IMG/VR virus record: IMGVR_UViG_3300028833_000061
Coordinates: 1-64,000 of that record
Length of the DNA: 64,000 nt
From: a virus
Lineage: Duplodnaviria; Caudoviricetes
Strand: one strand, 5' to 3'
Shown: positions 37,095-44,935 of the stretch, piece after piece
Numbering within the stretch: the stretch's first letter is position 1
Layout of the letters: the number at the start of each line of letters is the position of its first letter
Position numbers and translations under genes: made by a program
Notes under the pieces: generated by a model
Database searches by the model: none
Told to the model about the DNA's origin: nothing
The model's input: only the letters and a program-made list of their open reading frames with translations

Positions 37095-37343
37095 TCAGTT
37101 GAATTGTCTTATGTCGAAGCATCCGTTCTCGAACCAGCAGTACGGCCACTCCGCTTCTCGATCCCCCTCCATCTTTTTACGTATATATGAAGCAAAGTGG
37201 CGTCTTTCAGCATTGAACGGATGTCTTGTGATGGCCGGGATGGTGTCGGCTGGAGGCTCTATTATAAGATATGCCTGCCCGCTTACTCCACGAGGACAAA
37301 ACCTGTGGACGTAATTGAAGAAGCCCCTGTCTGATTTAATCAT
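37095..37343 (-). CDS. PxxxER array protein 25
   Basis: MIKSDRGFF...HPFNAER. Confidence 0.7.
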   Translation of the reverse strand: MIKSDRGFFNYVHRFCPRGVSGQAYLIIEPPADTIPAITRHPFNAERRHFASYIRKKMEGDREAEWPYCWFENGCFDIRQFN

Positions 37344-37573
37344 AGGCAGAGCCTCATTTCACGTTTGGCATGCCCGGTGTAAACGAAGTCATATGCGTAC
37401 GTAACCGCAATCCTGAATGCCCTGCGCTCGTATCTGATGAAATCCCCGATCATGTGCGAATCCTTCTCCGGCCATCTGGCAGGAGGTATACGCATCAGGG
37501 CCATCTCGTTCCACTGCTCGCGCCTGACGTATCCAAGCTGCCAATTCCACGTCTTCCTTTCAAGGCCGATCAT
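37340..37573 (-). CDS. PxxxER array protein 24
   Basis: MIGLERKTW...FIRYER. Confidence 0.65.
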   Translation of the reverse strand: MIGLERKTWNWQLGYVRREQWNEMALMRIPPARWPEKDSHMIGDFIRYERRAFRIAVTYAYDFVYTGHAKREMRLCL

Positions 37574-37797
37574 TTGAACTTGCCTCTAAGCTTTCCGCAC
37601 AGCGGCCCGTATACGTGGCCGCCGTGTATCTTCTGCATCTTAACGCCGGCACGTTCGTCGTTCATCGGATGGTACGGGTCGCCTCCCATCCAGTAGTCCT
37701 CTTCTGGCCACAGGCATTTCCTGTCAAAGCGTCTTGCTGCATCAAGCCGCGTAATTCTGTATGCCTGAAACAGATACTTCTTCTTCAGGTAAATCAT
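37570..37797 (-). CDS. PxxxER array protein 23
   Basis: MIYLKKKY...HPMNDER. Confidence 0.7.
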   Translation of the reverse strand: MIYLKKKYLFQAYRITRLDAARRFDRKCLWPEEDYWMGGDPYHPMNDERAGVKMQKIHGGHVYGPLCGKLRGKFK

Positions 37798-38021
37798 TTA
37801 AGATCCTTTGTGTTGTATGTCATTCCGCACACCCTGTAAAATTTGTTCAATGTCCTGTAATGCAGTCTTTCATATGTCTCAGGTTGCGGGAATATCGGTA
37901 GCATGTAAGTATTTTCGTTTCGATACGAGTTTCCGAAATACGTCCTGATTATCTCTATTCTGCTTGTGTTGAATACCGAGTGGTACGAACGGTACAGCCT
38001 TTCTCTCGATGCGAATATCAT
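37794..38021 (-). CDS. PxxxER array protein 22
   Basis: MIFASRERLY...QPETYER; AGGAGG RBS. Confidence 0.7.
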   Translation of the reverse strand: MIFASRERLYRSYHSVFNTSRIEIIRTYFGNSYRNENTYMLPIFPQPETYERLHYRTLNKFYRVCGMTYNTKDLK

Positions 38022-38045
38022 TCAAGCCTCCTTGCCAGCCCAGCC

Positions 38046-38231
38046 TCATCTGAACATCGACAACCGTATAGGATTTACACGCTCTTGCTCGTAAGGACGC
38101 CAATCGAACATTGTACGAGACAAGTACGGTGCCCTGCTGTATCCGAATACCGCAGGCGCCCTCTTGAGATCGTATGTTGCAAGAAGCGCCCTGTGATTGC
38201 GTGCGTGTATGTATCTTCTTGACGTCTTCAT
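38046..38231 (-). CDS. PxxxER array protein 21
   Basis: MKTSRRY...RPYEQER. Confidence 0.7.
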   Translation of the reverse strand: MKTSRRYIHARNHRALLATYDLKRAPAVFGYSRAPYLSRTMFDWRPYEQERVNPIRLSMFR

Positions 38232-38404
38232 TTGAACCAACCTGCGTGCGCACGCCTGTCTGCGTCGAACGGACGCCAGTCGACAATCGTTGCGATTCTA
38301 GGAACCTTGTCGAATCCGAAGAGGTACCAGCTCTTTTTCCAGTCATACGATATGACTAGCGACTGGTGATACCTGCGGTGGATGTGCCTTCTTGCCAGCC
38401 TCAT
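38228..38404 (-). CDS. PxxxER array protein 20
   Basis: MRLARRHI...RPFDADR. Confidence 0.7.
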   Translation of the reverse strand: MRLARRHIHRRYHQSLVISYDWKKSWYLFGFDKVPRIATIVDWRPFDADRRAHAGWFK

Positions 38405-38583
38405 TTGAACGTTCCGTCCATTCTTACGCAGATTCTTTCGATACTCTGTGGCCTGTAGTCCCTTAGCATACTGATGTAAGGCACTTTGTCGTACCCAAAT
38501 ATGACGGGTGCGTTCTTGACGTCGCATGACCACATCATCCACCTTAGATACATGTGGTATGTGCGTCTTATTGCCAGCCTCAT
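38401..38583 (-). CDS. PxxxER array protein 19
   Basis: MRLAIRRTY...RPQSIER. Confidence 0.7.
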   Translation of the reverse strand: MRLAIRRTYHMYLRWMMWSCDVKNAPVIFGYDKVPYISMLRDYRPQSIERICVRMDGTFK

Positions 38584-38801
38584 TTGTACCTCGACACCCT
38601 ATACGTTGTTCCACGGAACACAGCCCAGCATTCATGCCGTCTCTTCGCCTCGGCAAGCCTGTCTCTCTCGTCTCTTACAATGTGTTTCGGATACGAGTGG
38701 TGGTTTGGTTTGATTCTAAGTTTTGCGCAAGAATCGTAATCAACTACGCCAATCTCCCAGTTAAGCTCATGTCGATACATATACCTTTTGAAGTTTATCA
38801 T
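38580..38801 (-). CDS. PxxxER array protein 18
   Basis: MINFKRYMY...IVRDER. Confidence 0.7.
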   Translation of the reverse strand: MINFKRYMYRHELNWEIGVVDYDSCAKLRIKPNHHSYPKHIVRDERDRLAEAKRRHECWAVFRGTTYRVSRYK

Positions 38802-39040
38802 CTGTACTTAAGGTAGTATTCCTCGTCATTCTTAGGCGCTCCCGGATCTATACAGTTTATATATCCAAATGTTCCGTGAATAGCCTCCCAGCGCTCAGCT
38901 CTGAACGGCCTGTAAGGATTTATAATGTGCGCATCGTTGTACAGCCTTAGCTTCGTCTGTGAATTCCAATTGCAGTCACTTGTATACTGAAGGCTGTCGT
39001 GCAGCTTTCTATGCCAATTGATTCTAGTAAGCATTATCAT
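38798..39040 (-). CDS. PxxxER array protein 17
   Basis: MIMLTRINW...RPFRAER. Confidence 0.7.
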   Translation of the reverse strand: MIMLTRINWHRKLHDSLQYTSDCNWNSQTKLRLYNDAHIINPYRPFRAERWEAIHGTFGYINCIDPGAPKNDEEYYLKYR

Positions 39041-39267
39041 TTGAAGTCGCTCACTCTCCTTAGTATGCCGTCGTACCAGAACCATCGATGGTCTGTACGA
39101 AACGAATCCCGATAAGCCGAGCAATTCAGGCTCTCACGTTCGCCGCACGGAGCATTGTCTATGTACGTGAACGTCCTGGACGGATCCTGCAAATGTGCCT
39201 TGCACAAGTCAAGATCCTTGTATCCATAGAATCCACGAGTGTATCTTGGTCTTGTGTAGCCTATCAT
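39037..39267 (-). CDS. PxxxER array protein 16
   Basis: MIGYTRPRY...APCGER. Confidence 0.7.
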   Translation of the reverse strand: MIGYTRPRYTRGFYGYKDLDLCKAHLQDPSRTFTYIDNAPCGERESLNCSAYRDSFRTDHRWFWYDGILRRVSDFK

Positions 39268-39470
39268 ATGTAGTTACCTGGTGATATGTTGTGGGTCTTA
39301 ATACTACAAAAGTGATCCCTTTCGTACGTCACAGGATTCGGATGCCACGACGGTTCGTTCAAAATCAGGATGCTCCTAAGGCCCAGCTTGAATTCATCGT
39401 CCTTCTTGTTCGTTATACTCCTGAAGTATCCAAGCCTGAACGCGTACCCGCGCCTACGCCATACGATCAT
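39264..39470 (-). CDS. PxxxER array protein 15
   Basis: MIVWRRRGY...NPVTYER. Confidence 0.7.
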   Translation of the reverse strand: MIVWRRRGYAFRLGYFRSITNKKDDEFKLGLRSILILNEPSWHPNPVTYERDHFCSIKTHNISPGNYI

Positions 39471-39676
39471 GAGTCATAGCGGAATGGCCACAGCTTGAGG
39501 CGGTGTTTCCGCAGCTCTTCCTTGTTCTTGAACAGCACGCGCTCGTCCTCGGTAGGAGTCCAGTTGGAATATGACTTGTACTGATCGACGATGTACGCCG
39601 CCTCGCACGTGCACGGCTTTCTTTTTTTCTCGGTCTTTAACGCGGCGAAATATTGCCATCTGCTACAGTTTATCAT
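39467..39676 (-). CDS. PxxxER array protein 14
   Basis: MINCSRWQY...TPTEDER. Confidence 0.7.
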   Translation of the reverse strand: MINCSRWQYFAALKTEKKRKPCTCEAAYIVDQYKSYSNWTPTEDERVLFKNKEELRKHRLKLWPFRYDS

Positions 39677-39861
39677 TTGTATTGGTACAGGTCATGATGC
39701 CACTGGAATCGTAGCCGCTCGTAATATATTACGCCCGGCAGGTGAATCTTGTAGGACTTCTTTGTAAGCAGATCCAGAAGTTCCCGATCGTTGATGTTTT
39801 TCGTGGATTCGTTGGCTTCCTTCAGGTCGACAAGATAGTCCCATCTGTTGTACTTTATCAT
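39673..39861 (-). CDS. PxxxER array protein 13
   Basis: MIKYNRWDY...VIYYER. Confidence 0.7.
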   Translation of the reverse strand: MIKYNRWDYLVDLKEANESTKNINDRELLDLLTKKSYKIHLPGVIYYERLRFQWHHDLYQYK

Positions 39862-40106
39862 GTGAACATGCTCGTAGGTTTCCACCTTATCCACGAGCCG
39901 GCCATAAGCAGCCCGCATCTTCTGCGGTATGCATCATCGTCGATAGCTGCATTTAGATACTTGCGCTCTTCGCTGAATATGTCCTTTGGCGGTATAACAC
40001 TGACGAATCTGGAACACTTGTGCCTCTCTATCGCATAGTCGCTTTCTATGTGCCTTCCCTCGAACAAGAAGTCTATTTCATACTTGTGCCTGGTGTAGTT
40101 GATCAT
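39858..40106 (-). CDS. PxxxER array protein 12
   Basis: MINYTRHKY...IFSEER. Confidence 0.7.
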   Translation of the reverse strand: MINYTRHKYEIDFLFEGRHIESDYAIERHKCSRFVSVIPPKDIFSEERKYLNAAIDDDAYRRRCGLLMAGSWIRWKPTSMFT

Positions 40107-40330
40107 TTAAATATGCTCCTTGAGATCCACTCGTCGTATAGTCCGAGGGCAGGAAACCAGCCGATGACACGCATCCTTTCGTAGACCCTTATGAATTCCG
40201 TCCTCTCGTACCTGTCCGGGTATGGCGCGCTTGGCATACTTATGTGGTCTATATTCCACTTAAGGTCGACACGCTCGCACAGTGCAATCTCGTAGCCCTC
40301 GTAGTAACGTCGCCTGCTTACGTTGATCAT
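40103..40330 (-). CDS. PxxxER array protein 11
   Basis: MINVSRRRY...YPDRYER. Confidence 0.7.
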   Translation of the reverse strand: MINVSRRRYYEGYEIALCERVDLKWNIDHISMPSAPYPDRYERTEFIRVYERMRVIGWFPALGLYDEWISRSIFK

Positions 40331-40539
40331 TTTATCAAGTCCATCCAGCAGTAATTGCCGTAGAACCACAGGCACGGCTTGTCGGTGTGTACCATAGAGT
40401 TCAGCCTGCGTCTCTCGCTCTTGTCTGGATTTTCTTCTATGTATCTTTTTCCTCGCGTAGGCCACGACACGTGACTGCAGTAGTATTTCACTGTATTCTC
40501 GTGACCGGTCAAGTAGGATGCTCTGTGAATGTTGATCAT
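40327..40539 (-). CDS. PxxxER array protein 10
   Basis: MINIHRASY...NPDKSER. Confidence 0.7.
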   Translation of the reverse strand: MINIHRASYLTGHENTVKYYCSHVSWPTRGKRYIEENPDKSERRRLNSMVHTDKPCLWFYGNYCWMDLIK

Positions 40540-40781
40540 CTTATGTCCCTATAATTTACATCGTACGCACGCACAGACAGAGGAGGCGGCGGCGAAACAT
40601 GCAGGTACGCGATCATGTCATTGTATCCGTGGATCCTGTCCCTCTCGTAGCTGTCTGGCTTTCCAGGGAACCTGAAAGTTCCAAAGTCATAGAATTCACT
40701 GTCGAACAGACGAGGATGTGCCCTGCTTCTGATGACCATTTCAAGCATGTCCAGGTACTGTTGCTTTCCGAAGTTTATCAT
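40536..40781 (-). CDS. PxxxER array protein 9
   Basis: MINFGKQQY...KPDSYER. Confidence 0.75.
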   Translation of the reverse strand: MINFGKQQYLDMLEMVIRSRAHPRLFDSEFYDFGTFRFPGKPDSYERDRIHGYNDMIAYLHVSPPPPLSVRAYDVNYRDIR

Positions 40782-41005
40782 CTTATTTCGTAGTATCCTA
40801 CCTTGTACATCCTGACAGACAGGTCAAGCCTGCAGTTGATCCTGTTGTATGTGTCGATACGGCTCCTCTCGTAACTATCAGGCTTTCCGGTAAACGGACC
40901 ATGACCAACATCGTATAATCCGTAGTCGAACAGGAAAGGATGCGCTCTGTTGTAGTTGAGAGCCTTCAGCATTCCACAATACTGTCGCTTGCCAAAATTG
41001 ATCAT
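40778..41005 (-). CDS. PxxxER array protein 8
   Basis: MINFGKRQY...KPDSYER. Confidence 0.75.
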   Translation of the reverse strand: MINFGKRQYCGMLKALNYNRAHPFLFDYGLYDVGHGPFTGKPDSYERSRIDTYNRINCRLDLSVRMYKVGYYEIR

Positions 41006-41250
41006 CTGAACATGCGCAACGGTGTGCGGTAGATGTACTTAGGTTGACTGTAGCTATCGATAAGCCTTCTGTGCCGAAGCCTCTCGTCGTAAGGAGGATT
41101 GTACCTAACCATGAAGTATTCGCCATTCCGCGGGAATACGCTCTCGGGCTGCATGTTCTTCACGGCCGCCCTACGGTAGCACTCGACATGCCATCTGCGT
41201 ATAGTAAGACTCATATCAGCATACTCCTGAAATCGAATCCGCGTATCCAT
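41002..41250 (-). CDS. PxxxER array protein 7
   Basis: MDTRIRFQEY...YNPPYDER. Confidence 0.7.
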   Translation of the reverse strand: MDTRIRFQEYADMSLTIRRWHVECYRRAAVKNMQPESVFPRNGEYFMVRYNPPYDERLRHRRLIDSYSQPKYIYRTPLRMFR

Positions 41251-41423
41251 CGTTCATGAGTATGGTGCTTGTTTGCCCCGTACACAATCTTCCGCTCCCT
41301 GTCGAACGGATTGTACCTCGAATACGCACATTTAAACTTCTTTGGAAACAGCGAATCGGGTTCTGCGCTTCCGCGCAGTTCCTTGAAGAAGTAATACCAC
41401 ATGTATCGGTATTCGCGTATCAT
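41211..41423 (-). CDS. PxxxER array protein 6
   Basis: MIREYRYMW...YNPFDRER. Confidence 0.7.
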   Translation of the reverse strand: MIREYRYMWYYFFKELRGSAEPDSLFPKKFKCAYSRYNPFDRERKIVYGANKHHTHERWIRGFDFRSMLI

Positions 41424-41674
41424 CTTAGATTATCCATGTTTACTCTAGAGTATCTGAATCTGCCAAATCTGCCGAGCTCGATCCGTCTGCTCTTGAAATA
41501 TCTAAGCTGTGTTCTTTCGCTGAACACCGGATCTTCCTCGAGTATCCAATGCCTTGACTCTGGAATCTCGAACATGTGTTTTAACTCAGGTGCAGGAATA
41601 AGGTCCTTGTTCCTGCTGTCGAAGTTGGCACCGCGAAGTCCTAGCTCGTAGCTTATCCTGCCGACGTGTATCAT
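41420..41674 (-). CDS. PxxxER array protein 5
   Basis: MIHVGRISY...EEDPVFSER. Confidence 0.75.
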   Translation of the reverse strand: MIHVGRISYELGLRGANFDSRNKDLIPAPELKHMFEIPESRHWILEEDPVFSERTQLRYFKSRRIELGRFGRFRYSRVNMDNLR

Positions 41675-41919
41675 CGTATGTTCTCCGCGGATACTAGGAG
41701 TCCTCTTATGTTGGCCCGGTCCCAGCCACGCACTCTGAAAAGATAGTCTATGCGCTCCCTCTCGTGCCACACTGGATCTTCCTCCAACGGAAACGGTCCT
41801 CCGCCCCATATAGCATCTTCACCCAGCCCTTTTGGCTCAGGCATTACGCTCTTGTTCCTGCAGTTGTATACCGTGTCGCAGAGTCCCATGTCGTAGCTTT
41901 TTCTGCTTACTCCTATCAT
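41671..41919 (-). CDS. PxxxER array protein 4
   Basis: MIGVSRKSY...EEDPVWHER. Confidence 0.75.
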   Translation of the reverse strand: MIGVSRKSYDMGLCDTVYNCRNKSVMPEPKGLGEDAIWGGGPFPLEEDPVWHERERIDYLFRVRGWDRANIRGLLVSAENIR

Positions 41920-42203
41920 CTGTATACCTCGAACTTTATGCCGTCCCTTCTGTGAAGAGCCCGGCTGATGCCGGCCGCTTCGAACAGCGCAATGCGCAAT
42001 CCGCTCATTGCATTGAGACAGTTCAGGTAGCCACGCACGCCCTTGGATATTCGATACATCTTGAACAGCTTCCTTTCGCTGTCGTCGACACAGCATCTGT
42101 ACGGGCCGTTGTCGACTGTACCGTTGATCTGGTTGTTGTAGGCGTCGTGCGCCAACTCGAGGCAGGTGTAGAACTTGTCCCTGTTCCAAATCTTGCTAAG
42201 CAT
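41916..42203 (-). CDS. PxxxER array protein 3
   Basis: MLSKIWNRDKF...VDDSER. Confidence 0.6.
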   Translation of the reverse strand: MLSKIWNRDKFYTCLELAHDAYNNQINGTVDNGPYRCCVDDSERKLFKMYRISKGVRGYLNCLNAMSGLRIALFEAAGISRALHRRDGIKFEVYR

Positions 42204-42576
42204 CGTCTCTTCTCCCGTATCTGGACAAAAGCGCATACCAGTGCATGTTGGTTATCGTGCCAAGCGCGCATGCGCCCAGTTCCGGCAGCATGTCGTACAG
42301 CATCACGTCCTTGTACTTCTCATAGTAGTACTTGCGAGAGTAGTCTCCGTCAATCGGAGGATTCCACAAGGATCTCAGCCTGTGAAACCACGCGCACGCT
42401 CCGGGATAGTACGTCCTCTCAGAGTGCAATCCTAGCAGATCGACCACATCCACCTTGCGGCTGTACCACTCGCCTTCTCTGCCTGGATGCTGATACATGA
42501 ACGTCTGTGAGTTGTTCCTGAGTATCTTTAAATTTTCCCAGTCGACGTCGTACCTGCGCCTTGTGTACCCAAGCAT
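42196..42576 (-). CDS. PxxxER array protein 2
   Basis: MLGYTRRRY...LHSER. Confidence 0.65.
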   Translation of the reverse strand: MLGYTRRRYDVDWENLKILRNNSQTFMYQHPGREGEWYSRKVDVVDLLGLHSERTYYPGACAWFHRLRSLWNPPIDGDYSRKYYYEKYKDVMLYDMLPELGACALGTITNMHWYALLSRYGRRDDA

Positions 42577-42998
42577 CAGCACAGCTCCTTCCACAAGTTT
42601 GTCCTGAATCTGAACAGCTTTTCAGTGAAGCTCGGCCGAAGTCCAGGCGTATACTGAAAGTCGTTCATCAGTGCGTTCACGAGCCTGGACATGTACGATG
42701 ACGGGCACGGCATAAGTCCAAGATGCCCGGCCTTTCTTCCTCTGCCATAGTCGTATTCGTCGAAGCAGCTGCTCGTGCAGAATCGCTCTTCGTCGATGTC
42801 CATAAATCCGGTAAGCTGATACGTGCTCACTGAATGGCAGTCACGAGGATCGAACGATCCAAAGTAGTTCGTGCCAAGCTGTATAACCGACATCCCGAAA
42901 TCGAACGACTGCCCCCTGAGAAGACATTCGTCGTGGAACAGCCGCACGCAGGCCATGTCTGAAACAGTCTTCCAGTAGAGTTGTCTTTTGTTCCTCAT
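42576..42998 (-). CDS. PxxxER array protein 1
   Basis: MRNKRQLY...DIDEER; weakest match to the family. Confidence 0.55.
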   Translation of the reverse strand: MRNKRQLYWKTVSDMACVRLFHDECLLRGQSFDFGMSVIQLGTNYFGSFDPRDCHSVSTYQLTGFMDIDEERFCTSSCFDEYDYGRGRKAGHLGLMPCPSSYMSRLVNALMNDFQYTPGLRPSFTEKLFRFRTNLWKELC

Positions 42999-43006
42999 TG
43001 TGAAAA

Positions 43007-43130
43007 GCAATCAGGGCCCGAGGATCGGCTCTAACGATCATCTCGGCTCCCAAGACGTGTTTTTAGTTCCAGGCGCCACCCATTAAGACGCCTGCCCACA
43101 CGGGCTTTAAACTACACGGGCCCTGATTGC
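43007..43130 (-). ncRNA. Structured RNA between tRNA-Gly and the array, family unassigned
   Basis: Perfect 14-bp inverted repeat GCAATCAGGGCCCG enclosing internal hairpins. Confidence 0.6.
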
Positions 43131-43133
43131 AAA

Positions 43134-43207
43134 TGGAGCGACGTGCGGGAGTCGAACCCGCCTGACTAGCTTGGAAGGCTAGGACCCAGCCGCTAGGCCA
43201 ACGTCGC
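43134..43207 (-). tRNA. tRNA-Gly(TCC)
   Basis: Cloverleaf, U73, CCA. Confidence 0.9.
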
Positions 43208-44324
43208 ACTGTGTTTTGTTAATAGCCGCCGCTTCTCGTCTGCGCTTTCTGCCGAATTTGTTTCGACCCATCCATGTTGGAGATTGCGAGTCGCAGTTTG
43301 GACAGACAAGCCGGATATTTTCAATGACGTTATTATCGGCGTTTCCGTCGATGTGGTCAACTATAAGCGTCAAGTGCTTGCCGTTCCATTTGCTCCTTCC
43401 GCATATTGCGCATTTGTATCCGCTTGTTCTAGATATATAAAGAACAACTTCTTCACGCTTTATCTCCTGTCCTTGTTTGCTGAAGTATCCTCTTTCCTCT
43501 ACTTCCTGTATAACAATTTTCTTTTTATATTCATTGCAACACGCATGTGAACAGAATTTTTGGTCGCTATAGTGTTTTTTGCGTACAAATTCTTTTCCGC
43601 AATTAAGACATGTCAAGTGAGCCTTTTCAAATCTATCACTTAACAACTTTGAGGCACATGCACGAGAGCAACATACTTGCTCACATCCTCTGCTAAATGT
43701 TCTCTTTTTAAATGTTTTTCCGCATACAGGACATGTTCTAACTAGATCAGGGCGCCGTATTCTCCAGTCAACAATCTTTTTATGGCGTTGTTTCATAGTT
43801 TCACTAAGAACTTTACCCCAGCACTTCGAAGAACAATAAGTCTGACGTACCCGGCCATGAAAACTCTTTCCGCAAACTGGGCATATTTTATACAGACGCT
43901 TTCCTTTACATGCACATCTATGGCTACAGTATATGTGTCCTTCCTGGCTGATTTTTCTTTTATAAGCCAGTTTTCCTTTTGTTACGAAGAACTTTTTACC
44001 ACATGTCGGGCAAGTTACTTCTACCCGTGCTGCGTTTTTTCTTGCTTTGCATCCGCATTTTGGACTGCAATACACATGGCCACCTACGTTATTTTTGATA
44101 GATACTTTCAGCTTTCGTGCAGATATTAGAAACTTTTTACCACAGGTGTGGCACACAGCTTCTACGGTGGCTGCAATTTTTTTAGCTTTGCCAACACATG
44201 CTCTGCTGCAATATACGAAGCCACCAGCATTTCTTGTGGCCGCGCGTTTAAGTTTTTGCTTTTCTATCAGAAACAACTTGCCACAGGTGTGGCACGTAGC
44301 TTCTACGAAGTTATTTCCACCCAT
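43179..44324 (-). CDS. HNH homing endonuclease with multiple N-terminal CxxC...CSxxC Zn-finger repeats
   Basis: VDHIDGNADNNVIENIRLVCPNCD; six repeats; markedly AT-rich. Confidence 0.9.
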   Translation of the reverse strand: MGGNNFVEATCHTCGKLFLIEKQKLKRAATRNAGGFVYCSRACVGKAKKIAATVEAVCHTCGKKFLISARKLKVSIKNNVGGHVYCSPKCGCKARKNAARVEVTCPTCGKKFFVTKGKLAYKRKISQEGHIYCSHRCACKGKRLYKICPVCGKSFHGRVRQTYCSSKCWGKVLSETMKQRHKKIVDWRIRRPDLVRTCPVCGKTFKKRTFSRGCEQVCCSRACASKLLSDRFEKAHLTCLNCGKEFVRKKHYSDQKFCSHACCNEYKKKIVIQEVEERGYFSKQGQEIKREEVVLYISRTSGYKCAICGRSKWNGKHLTLIVDHIDGNADNNVIENIRLVCPNCDSQSPTWMGRNKFGRKRRREAAAINKTQCDVGLAAGS

Positions 44325-44355
44325 TGCTTAGATTGAAACATTGGTTGAAAAACTA

Positions 44356-44428
44356 TGGAGTCTATGGGAGTCGAACCCATTAAAACCTGCGTGCAAGGCA
44401 GGCGCACCAACCGCTATGCGCAGACCCC
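44356..44428 (-). tRNA. tRNA-Ala(TGC)
   Basis: Cloverleaf, G3:U70, no encoded CCA. Confidence 0.9.
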
Positions 44429-44434
44429 GTAAGA

Positions 44435-44519
44435 TGGCTCCAGAGACAGGACTCGAACCTGTAGTTGCTTTCGCCACGGATTAACAATCCGCTGCCATAC
44501 CAATTAGGCTGACTCTGGA
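44435..44519 (-). tRNA. tRNA-Asn(GTT) with long variable arm
   Basis: TCCAGAG acceptor, G73, CCA. Confidence 0.9.
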
Positions 44520-44669
44520 ATAGGTGGAACGGCGCCTATAGTATCACAGCGCCGTATCCAGTCAACTACTTTCTGTGATCCTTGCCGTCGCAGCCGAGCG
44601 CCACAATAAGCGCAACGACCATACCGACGACGACTATCACGTAGACTGCTACATCGTGCATCGCTTCTT

Positions 44670-44891
44670 TTATACTTCGGACATGCGATTGACGTCGTCG
44701 ATCAGAGCGCCTATAGCCACCAGAAGATATCTCACGAACGTAGCATCCGTGCACTTGTTGCCGTGGCTTTCAAGATACGCACGTGCTTCCGTTAGCATGT
44801 CGTATGCCTTGGACGACGCTACGTACCGAAGGTTCTTCTCTGTGAAGAACTTCGTCAGAGTGTCGTAGGCCTTCTTTGTGTCCTCATCCAC
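44670..44891 (-). CDS. Hypothetical protein
   Basis: GAGGAGG RBS. Confidence 0.5.
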   Translation of the reverse strand: MDEDTKKAYDTLTKFFTEKNLRYVASSKAYDMLTEARAYLESHGNKCTDATFVRYLLVAIGALIDDVNRMSEV

Positions 44892-44935
44892 GAGAGATCC
44901 TCCTCTTCGTCGTACATTTCCTCGTCAACTTCCAT

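Larger units (their letters stand above)
35219..42998 (-). other. Tandem array of 33 paralogous mini-genes (PxxxER family)
   Basis: Contiguous ORFs, mostly joined by ATGA overlaps, shared N-terminal and ER motifs. Confidence 0.85.

Noticed and set aside
35219-42998. Array as DGR targets, integron cassettes or RiPP precursors
   Set aside because: No reverse transcriptase or TR/VR pair with adenine-specific differences, no attC-like spacers or integrase, and no modification enzymes or leader/core pattern in the window.
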